This document shows, in pieces, positions 1 to 7,516 of a DNA stretch of 9,140 nt (position 1 is the stretch's first letter; the number at the start of each line of letters is the position of its first letter). This stretch comes from Azolla caroliniana (Eukaryota; Plantae; Polypodiophyta). The position numbers and the translations under genes were made by a program. The stretch is taken from contig JBHGNT010001384.1 in the NCBI GenBank assembly GCA_043228905.1, positions 1-9,140 on the forward strand. Direction: 5' to 3'. Below the pieces are notes generated by a model that saw only the letters and a list, made by a program, of their open reading frames with translations, had not been told where the DNA came from and made no database searches.

Positions 1-759
1 AAACACTCATAGCCTGAGGGTTGGATGAAGATGGCCTCAACTTGTAGATGCATGGGTGGCACGAGCCACCCTTATAAAAGCAGCCCATAACACATCACCA
101 ATGGAAAGCTATGCTTGATTACACATGCACACATGTGTGTATTATCAATAGTATTAACGATTTGGAAGTTGTGCCAGTGGTAGAAATGAGTGAACAATTC
201 TTCCTTTGGTGAACTATCCTAGGAACTTGAAAGTGAAGTTGATTACTAAGATGTTATAGGGAAATGTTACAAATTCTACCCTGTCTATGTGCATTTACTG
301 AGATGCTACTGATTTGTAGCGAAGTAGCTCATTTGCCAAGATGTTTAAATCAATCTAAAATCACTATCATCAAATGCCATAGCTAAGCTATTTTCATTCG
401 TGATCATGTTATTGGCATGAACCATTGGTTCGCCTTAATTAAGCTACACATTGATGGCAAATCGACTAACCAAGCAAATAGCGTGGAACAAGCAATGAAG
501 TTAAATGTCTCATTTCCTTAAAGACTCTTAAAGATTGATCCTTTATGAGCAGTTTTCATGTGTGCGATGTCATTGCAAATCTCTATCTTCCCCCACTGTG
601 TCTGTACCCATATGTTTCAAATACAAAAATTCAAGTTTGGAGCTTGATGTCTTGCATGCTTGGGCACACAATAGTTGGGGCAAAGGTTTATTTCCCTAAA
701 AGGTTTTTAGACATTTTGAAATTAATCAAGTACGTGTGCCATTTGCAAGAACAAAGGAT

Positions 760-1215
760 GAGTGTGAAGTATAGTGAAGCATAGAGAAGCATAGTGAAGC
801 TTGGAGAAGCTTGGTGAAGCTTGGTGCTCAACTCATCTACACCCAATCTCCTTTCCATCTCCACTACTCAACGTGAGATCTACACGGCTACTACTTCGAC
901 TTGTGGACGTTCTTATCCGGGTTTTCTTCTCTCTTCTTTTCTTGTATATGCTTGAGAGATAATCTTATCCCTTTGGATTATTGTACCATCTTTGTCGGTA
1001 GTACTATGCTACATATCTCTACTTATTTCCAGTATATCTAGAAGTAGAATTTGTACTTGTGTTGTATATCTTTGGTGATAGTGGATTGGTTTTGGACTTT
1101 TGTCCCGTGGTTGTTTCCCTCATTGAGGGTTTTTCCACGTTAAATCTTGTGTAATCTTTGTTGTGTCATTGTGTGTGTTTCTTGTGTTCCTTTTTCATTA
1201 TAATCGAGCATAAAA
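760..1215 (+). mobile_element. Probable LTR fragment (R/U5-like) of a second LTR retrotransposon; boundaries not resolved
   Basis: CCCGTGGTTGTTTCCC...GAGGGTTTTTCCACGTTAAATCTTGTGT (~1104-1152) followed by a GT-rich tract resembles the U5 motif of many plant copia LTRs. No PBS follows and no termini or TSD were found. Confidence 0.45.
764..826 (+). repeat. 10-bp minisatellite, 6 copies (G[T/A]GAAG[C/T][ATA/TTG])
   Basis: gtgaagtata gtgaagcata gagaagcata gtgaagcttg gagaagcttg gtgaagcttg gtg. Confidence 0.9.
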
Positions 1216-1223
1216 CGTGACGC

Positions 1224-2255
1224 GTGTTACACTCTTACATGTCTATACCTCATCACATCTCTGCCGATGCCCCCGACTTAGACGCTCCTCTCCCCCTCAT
1301 GGATCCGGCCGATACCAACCAGAGCTCGAACACCCTCACACAAGCTGAAACCATCACACAAGAGGCCATTGCCCATACGATATCGATTGTTGTTGACACC
1401 AGCACTCTTGACGACCTCACAAAAAGCCTAGCAGTACAAACGATGGTGTCCACAAAGGCCAAGGAACATTACATCGCAACCCTCGCCGAAATCGAGGAAC
1501 TCCGCACAAACCTCCAACATCAAGAAGTCGAGTTGCTCGCGCAATTCGACACAACCTTGAAGGAGAAGGCAAATGAATACACGCACACACTTCAAGCAAA
1601 AGAGGAGTAGGCCGCATCAGCAAAAACTAGCCAAACAAGAACTAGACCAATGCAAGCAAGAGGTCGAAGAAGAGAAAGCCAGCCTCATTCACAAATATGA
1701 CTCGCAGGATACAGAGCTATTCTGAAAAAAGCTTGATGGGATCATCTCCTCGTTCAACATCACGAAAGCAAAGCTTGAACTCGAGGTCCAAACCGCCACA
1801 AGCGAATTACAAGCGTTGAGAGCCAAATATGAGATGGGCAAAACCCGAGTCAAAGCCTTATTGGTAAAACATTGGCAATGGTTGAACCAGACCATACAAG
1901 ATTCACTAGGTTGGGGATGGAATGATTAGTTTAGTGGCCGAATTACAAATACTTTGAGTAGATGTTGAAAACTGCAAAAAGGAGGGTTGCGGATTTTATA
2001 AAATGGACGAGAACAACATTCAACTACTCCGAGAGGACCTCACCGACAAGTTCCACGCCCACGCCCTTGCACAGATGCACACCACGGGGATCGGAACCCT
2101 ACGCAAGGAATTCACTGACGAGCAACTCCAACTTGCCATTGATCTGGACAAATACGAAAGGGAGTGACTCTAGGTCAAAACTGAAAATCATGCCCCAACA
2201 AACGACAAATAAGAAGCCCCCCGAGAAAGCATGACCAAGCAAGTGGCAACATTTA
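1224..2255 (+). pseudogene. Degenerate coiled-coil ORF of ~340 codons, probably TE-derived, function unknown
   Basis: ORF 1224-1610 (...LAEIEELRTNLQHQEVELLAQFDTTLKEKANEY...) continues after a frameshift near 1615 as QQKLAKQELDQCKQEVEEEKASL...KLELEVQTATSELQALRAKYE...WQWLNQTIQDSLGW, and after a second shift near 1915 as MISLVAELQIL*VDVENCKKEGCGFYKMDENNIQLLREDL...DLDKYERE*. No introns are evident. Confidence 0.6.
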
Positions 2256-2261
2256 ACAATC

Positions 2262-2460
2262 GGCAATGGTTCGGTTCAGAATTCTCAAACCCAAACTAGT
2301 TCAAACCGAACTCTTAAGAAAAAGTTGTAACCTAAACCGAACCACAAAACCTTCTAAACCGAAACCGTTGAAACCGAACCGTTTACACAATATTCAAAGC
2401 TGAACCAAACGGTTAAACCGTTAAACATATTAAACCGCGGTTTCATGGTTCAGTTTTGAC
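2262..2460. mobile_element. Cluster of AAACCG/AACCGAACC motifs in both orientations; hAT/MITE-like subterminal region
   Basis: GGTTCGGTTC (2268), many AAACCGAAC(C) variants at 2304-2440 and GGTTCAGTTTT near 2450. This pattern is typical of plant hAT-related non-autonomous element ends, but no TIR pair or 8-bp TSD is visible. Confidence 0.5.
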
Positions 2461-3007
2461 ATATACAATAAATAAAAGGTTCCATAATAAAGAATGATAC
2501 AAAACTTAATTGGAATTTGGAGACCTAAAATAAACTTCACCAATTTTTTCACAAAAATTACAAAATGTTAGCGAAAAGGTATCTCATGGAGGAAATCTTA
2601 CTATAATTGGAGCCGAAATAATATAACTTACACTAATGTACGTACAAATTTTGCTTTTTCATAATCTCCATTATAGGAGCTCAATGTAGTATGAACTCTA
2701 CCTTCTAGATAATTGAAAGCTTTGCATGTGGGATCATACATCTAGAATAAAAATGAGGTTTCTATAATTTGAATATAGATTCAAATATTACAAGATCATT
2801 GGATCATTATCTACAGTATTGACATGCTAAGATATATATTTGTGTCCTATGAACAATAAAAAAGATGGGGTTCTCAACTTTGTAAGCTCTGCTTGTAGTG
2901 ATCGTGAGGACAAATAACAAAATACAATGCATTAAAAACATAAAAATTCATAAAAAAAATGTAGACTTTAAAAAATACCAAAAAATCCCGTGATATTTTA
3001 TAAATAT

Positions 3008-3468
3008 TGTTGAGAATCAAGCTCAACATAGTGCAACGCGTGAACATACCTTTTGAGAATCTATGATTACTCAAAGGTCAAGAGTGACACCACTACTCTC
3101 TACACATTAACTATGTGTCATAGAATCATATTCTATGACACATAACTAATGAGTTACATATTCCTCATGGCTATGAGTCTTCATATTCCCCAAGAGAGAG
3201 TGTTTGTTGTAGTTAGTTAATGAAGAGAGAGGGTTACTATGTATAAAGCACCCTCCCCATACTTCATATTAAGTCGGTTGTGACTCCTTGTAATGCTACA
3301 TTTTTGTATTTCATATTCTCCTTGTGAATATACATCTTCTTCATCTTCTTGAGTATTCTATTTCAATTCTATCTATCCATCTTGTGTCTTCTCTTCTCTA
3401 TTTCCTCTCACACCTACACATAACACATATCTCTTCCGCTACACAAGAATCATACCCGATTCTTTACA
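3008..3468 (+). repeat. 5' LTR of the copia element (461 bp)
   Basis: Starts TGTTGAGAATC (3008) and ends GATTCTTTACA (3468): TG...CA termini with a 9/11 terminal inverted match. It is directly followed by the PBS and contains TATAAA at 3242 and a CT-rich R/U5-like tract. The start cannot be confirmed without the 3' LTR; the predicted TSD is AATAT (3003-3007). Confidence 0.82.
3242..3248 (+). promoter_or_regulatory. TATA box of the LTR promoter
   Basis: TATAAAG near the middle of the LTR, upstream of the pyrimidine-rich tract, a typical position for plant LTRs. Confidence 0.6.
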
Positions 3469-3479
3469 TGGTATCAGAG
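3469..3479 (+). promoter_or_regulatory. Primer binding site complementary to the 3' end of initiator tRNA-Met
   Basis: TGGTATCAGAG immediately after the LTR ...TTTACA end; the canonical plant PBS is TGGTATCAGAGC. Confidence 0.93.
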
Positions 3480-3628
3480 GGGTTTGGTAGCTCGATGTAG
3501 CCATTACGCGTGTGTTGTGTTCTACGCTGACATTCGAGAGGAACCGGTCCATCGCTATCATAGTGTGACTACATAGCTCGTATTCGAGAGAGAAGAAAAA
3601 GAAACGAAGGAAGAAATCTTCATCGACA

Positions 3629-4534
3629 ATGAATACTCAGATGGGGTGCGCTCTCCCTAGCGAGAAGCTAGATTGAAACAACTTTGCATCTTGGGAGTAC
3701 AAGATGCACCAATACCTTGTCGGCCAAGGTTATTGGGGCTACATCAAAGGAGCACAAGAAAACCGACCCGACCCAAAAGACGCCGACTACGCAACATGGG
3801 AGCAAGCGGCAGGCCGAGTGATGTATTGCTTGGCGACATGTGTTCACGACAACATACTCGGCTACATTCGAGAAGCTGAGACACCAAAGGAAGCGTGGGA
3901 GAATCTACAAAAGATTTTCACCGCCAACACAACGGCAAGAAAGCTTCAACTCCACCAAGAGTTGAACAACATCCAACAAAGGGATATGTCCATCACGAGC
4001 TACATCTTGAAGATCAAGGAGCTTTGCGACTCGCTTGGCTCGATAAGCATCAATGTGGACGATGATGAGATGGTGCAAATATGCCTCAGGGGCCTTGCAC
4101 CACAGTTCGACGCGATGAGGACCGCAATATTAGCACGGGAGAATTCGCCCTCCTTCCTCGATCTTCAATCCATGTTGTTGGTCAAAGAAAACCATGTTCG
4201 AACAAGGAGCAACGCCTCGGAAGGCCACATGCTTTACTCACACTTGGACGGAGGAAGAGGACGCGATCGTGCAAGAAGAGGCCGATTCGGCCAAGGACGA
4301 GGCGGACGAGGCTCGACTTACGAAAACAACTCGCAATTTCGGCATTAAGACGGAAACCATCAAGGAACCTTCGGAAGAAGGGGGAGCTTCTATTCCGGTT
4401 CGAGCTGACAGAACACGGTCAAATGCGAATATTGCGGAAAAATCAGTCACCACGAAGAATAGTGCCGTAAGCAGATACGCGAGTCGGCTTCCAGTAGGCG
4501 ACAACTCACCAATTACGCCACCAAGTCCGACTAT
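3629..4534 (+). pseudogene. gag: Copia gag (capsid region, RGG-rich linker, CCHC zinc knuckle), disrupted by stops
   Basis: ATG 3629 is in frame with ORF 3704-4348 and reads MNTQMGCALPSEKLD*NNFASWEYKMHQYL...TPKEAWENLQKIF...GGRGRDRARRGRFGQGRGGRG. The knuckle CEYCGKISHHEE*C lies at 4424-4465. In-frame stops at 3674, 4346, 4406 and 4460. Confidence 0.93.
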
Positions 4535-4563
4535 AACACCTTTGCGTTCACAAGTGGAAGGAT
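4535..4563 (+). repeat. Left terminal inverted repeat
   Basis: AACACCTTTGCGTTCACAAGTGGAAGGAT; its reverse complement matches 7484-7512 with 3 mismatches. Confidence 0.92.
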
Positions 4564-4945
4564 TGTGCATTCCACTTATAGATTCCTTTTATAATATTGC
4601 GATTTTAGACAATTTCCAAAAACTTGATACACCAGTATCACATGTTTGAAATAGTATGTAAAATTTGCTAATTTTTTGAGATTTAACAAGTTTCAAAATG
4701 ATAATTTCTAAAATTGAATAGTTTTTCAATAAATGTTTAAATGTTGATGGTTTGTAGATATGAAATGTAGTTAACTTAAAGAAAATCACAATGGTCAACT
4801 CAAGGCACAAGTTAAGATTAATGGTTTCACCATCTTGAGGAGATTAAGATTACATATATTGTTAGACTTGAAAATGTTTTAAGTATAAAAGGTAACATTG
4901 CAATCCTTAATGTCATCATCTATAAATTAGTGCTCATTAACATCC

Positions 4946-5034
4946 ATAAATTCACAAGTCAAGAAATGTAGACAATATTCATAAACAATTTTGATAAATC
5001 CACAACTCCTAAAATGTAGACGATATTCATAAAC
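4946..5034. repeat. Tandem duplication, 48-bp period
   Basis: ATAAATTCACAAGTCAAGAAATGTAGACAATATTCATAAAC (4946-4986) versus ATAAATCCACAACTCCTAAAATGTAGACGATATTCATAAAC (4994-5034), 35/41 identical. Confidence 0.8.
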
Positions 5035-5151
5035 TGTCAAACTTTAGATGTGAACATTAATATATCAATTTGAACATAACACATAGTTATCAGGGTATCT
5101 ACAATGTTATCCTCTTCTTCCTTAAAAGAATTCCCCTACAAAATTTGTGAA

Positions 5152-6659
5152 GTAAATGGCATTTGAGAAGTTCAATTACCATCAATATAATTATTAATGG
5201 TTTTTTTCTAATAAATGAAGCACATGTTTACCATAAGGTATCTTGTTGTGCAACATACATCTTTAAAAAACCTCTTTTATTTGAAAAACAACAAGAGGTT
5301 TAAACATGAACACGATATATTGTATTGAGTTGATGTAAAAAATAGAGTTTCATCATAATTCCATACAATATATTGAATTCATTTTCAAAGTTTTTTTACT
5401 GGATTTAAAAAATAAAAATAAAAATAAAAAATTAAGCTTGAGATGATATAAAAACCAGATTTTTCATCACAATTCGATACAATGTATCGAGTTCATGTTT
5501 AAAGTAATTTTTTCTAATTTTTTTCAATTTTTTTTCAATTTTTTTGATTTTTTTTGATTTTTTATGGAAAAAATAATAATTTTAAACATGAATTCGATAC
5601 ATTGTATCGACTTGTGGTAAAAAGTCTGGTTTTTTCATCACTTATTAAAGCACAAAAAAAAATTCCAAAACAAAACACAAAAAACCAAAAATAAAAATAA
5701 AAAATGCAATTAATTTTTTCAAAAACCCGATAAAAAACTTTAAACATGAACTTGATACATTATATCGAGTTCATGTTGAAAATTTGAGTTTTCAACACGA
5801 ACAACTTGATACAATGTATCGAGTTCATGTCGAAACATTTTCAACATGAACTCGATAAATTGTATCGAGTTCGTGTCGAAAAGTCAGCTTTTCGACACGA
5901 ATGAAAAAACAGAGTTTTAAACATGAACTCGATATGCCGTATCAAGTTCATGTCAAAAAGGATACGGCATATCGAGTTCATGTTTAAAGTTTTATTTTGG
6001 ATTAAAAAAAAAAAAAAAAACATTTTTTTCTATTTTATTTTGGTATTTTTTTTAAAAATTGCGCTTTAATAAGTGATGAAAAAACCAGAGTTTTTATCAC
6101 AAGTTGATACAATGTATCGAATTCATGTTTAAAATTATTATTTTTTCCATAAAAAATAAAAAAAAATATTTTTTTTTTGAAAAATAACAATAAAAAACTG
6201 AAAAAAATTGAAGAAAAATTGAAAAAAATTAGAAAAAATTACTTTAAACATGAACTTGATACATTGTATCGAATTGTGATGAAAAATATTGTTTTTCTAT
6301 CATCTCAAGCTTAATTTTTTATTATTATTATTATTTAAATTAGGTAAGAAAAACTTTGAGCAAGAATTCAATACATTGTATGGAATTATGATGAAAACTC
6401 TATTTTTTACATCAACTCGATACAACATATCGAGTTAATGTTTAAAATCTTGTTGTTTTTCAAATAAAAGAGGTTTTTTAAACGTGAACTTGAATCGTAC
6501 TAAAATCTTTGTTTTTACAAGAGAAAAAGATGCATATCGATAGTGCAAACAAGTATGTTGTACAATAAGATACTTTATGGTGAACATGTGCATCATTGAT
6601 TAACAAAAAACTATTAATAATTGTGTTGATGGTAATTGAACCTTGCAAATGCCATTTAC
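5152..6659. repeat. ~1.5-kb imperfect internal inverted repeat (foldback) within the TIR element
   Basis: GTAAATGGCATTTG...GTTCAATTACCATCAA (from 5152) pairs with TTGATGGTAATTGAAC...CAAATGCCATTTAC (to 6659). TTTAAAAAACCTCTTTTATTTGAAAAACAACAAGA (~5262) pairs with ~6448-6482. Pairing continues inward to ~5735-5757 / 5970-5993. About 67 bp at ~6483-6552 is present only in the right arm. Confidence 0.9.
5302..6443. repeat. Array of ~13 self-palindromic ~35-bp units, consensus AACATGAACTCGATAC-AWT-GTATCGAGTTCATGTT
   Basis: Copies near 5302, 5355, 5468, 5585 (left arm); 5743, 5794, 5843, 5920 and a partial at 5961 (centre); 6098, 6247, 6361, 6409 (right arm). They are separated by A/T-tract spacers of variable length. 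Confidence 0.88.
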
Positions 6660-6716
6660 ACTGTCTGTAAAGTGTTAGCATGGTTCTCAATCACTACTTA
6701 ATGTTGATCTTTATAG

Positions 6717-7117
6717 TTGGAATGAAGGATGACAACACAAGCATAACTCAAGTGACAAGGAAACTTGCCAAAAGTCAAGGTGGGGATATTAATAGTTACA
6801 CATGTAGATGGCCATGACCTAGGGTACCAATTCTACATTGGTAAAGTTTTGGATGTGATGATGCATTAAACCTTTGTAATACATCTATCATTGACATTAA
6901 TGAGGTGGATATCATTATGTATGACTTTACACAGACAAAAGTTAGATGTTTACGGAAAACAATGATATACATAATAAAAGAGATATTAGCAAGTCGAGAA
7001 GATATCTTAGATTGAAGGCGAAGAAGATTTATTGCACACAATTTGGAGATACCATTTGGTGAAGACAATGATTTGATTGGTACATTGGAAGATGAGGAGA
7101 AAGAGTCACAATTGTAA
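6717..7117 (+). pseudogene. Decayed terminal exon of a gene carried by the TIR element (possible transposase C-terminus)
   Basis: Follows an acceptor-like TTGATCTTTATAG (AG 6715-6716). Reads LE*RMTTQA*LK*QGNLPKVKVGILIVTHVDGHDLGYQFYIGKVLDVMMH*, then after a frameshift NTSIIDINEVDIIMYDFTQTKVRCLRKTMIYIIKEIL...EDEEKESQL* (TAA 7115-7117). The stops are TGA/TAA, each one C>T away from CGA/CAA. Confidence 0.5.
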
Positions 7118-7483
7118 ATTATCTATAGTAGTGATTCTCATGAAAAGAATGATGATAGTCATGCAAATAACTCCCAAATGTATTTGTTGTGCAACTATAT
7201 GTAACAAATTTAGACAACATTTTATCGAATGGAAAAAAACATTCATTGTTTTGAAATCTTCTACTTTCGATTTCTTTAAGATCTAAAAACTTATTAGTTG
7301 TCATTTTTCTTTAAAAATCCACAAAGTTACTTTTCGTATTTGACCCAAATTTTGCATTTTTCAATTTTACCAAATGGTGAAATTTTTAACTTTTTCATCA
7401 AGTTTTGGAGAACATGTGATACTAGTATCAAGATGTTTTGTGAAATGGCAAAAAAACCCCCAAAATTAAACGGAATATTCCTT

Positions 7484-7512
7484 ATCCTTCCACTTGTGAA
7501 CGTGAATGTGTT
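7484..7512 (-). repeat. Right terminal inverted repeat
   Basis: ATCCTTCCACTTGTGAACGTGAATGTGTT, followed by the TSD CTAT. Confidence 0.92.
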
Positions 7513-7516
7513 CTAT

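Larger units (their letters stand above)
4535..7512. mobile_element. Non-autonomous TIR DNA transposon (2978 bp) with 4-bp TSD CTAT, nested in copia gag-pol; superfamily unresolved
   Basis: TIRs at 4535-4563 and 7484-7512 match 26/29. CTAT flanks both sides (4531-4534, 7513-7516). Composition switches abruptly to AT-rich at both borders. Excision rejoins ...KSDY|NDRGGMFVM...VWFVDSGAS in frame. Confidence 0.9.

Noticed and set aside
1-760. TATAAAA at ~73, ORF 545-784 and candidate LTR starts
   Set aside because: No consistent TG...CA pair, polypurine tract, TSD or recognisable protein motif could be established, so the region is left unannotated.
4081-4649. Overlapping ORFs 4081-4470 (+), 4194-4649 (+) and 4238-4570 (-)
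   Set aside because: These are alternative frames over the GC-rich gag C-terminus. The true frame is identified by the RGG tract and CCHC knuckle.
5562-6023. Short F/I/K-rich ORFs inside the palindrome
   Set aside because: They are translations of A/T tracts and repeat units with no protein-like composition.
5302-6443. CRISPR array (palindromic ~35-bp repeats with spacers)
   Set aside because: Spacers are highly variable in length, low-complexity A/T tracts and mirror each other across the palindrome. The repeats are degenerate, there are no cas genes, and the context is a eukaryotic retrotransposon.
5152-6659. Internal palindrome as an independent nested MITE/foldback insertion
   Set aside because: No direct repeat flanks the outer (TTGTGAA | ACTGTCT) or inner boundaries, and its core motif recurs in the host element's subterminal regions. 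Not fully excluded if an end was deleted.
4537-7510. CACTA/CMC assignment from CAC...GTG near the ends
   Set aside because: The inverted match extends two more bases (AA/TT), the ends are not CACTA/CACTG, and no 2-3 bp TSD flanks CAC...GTG.
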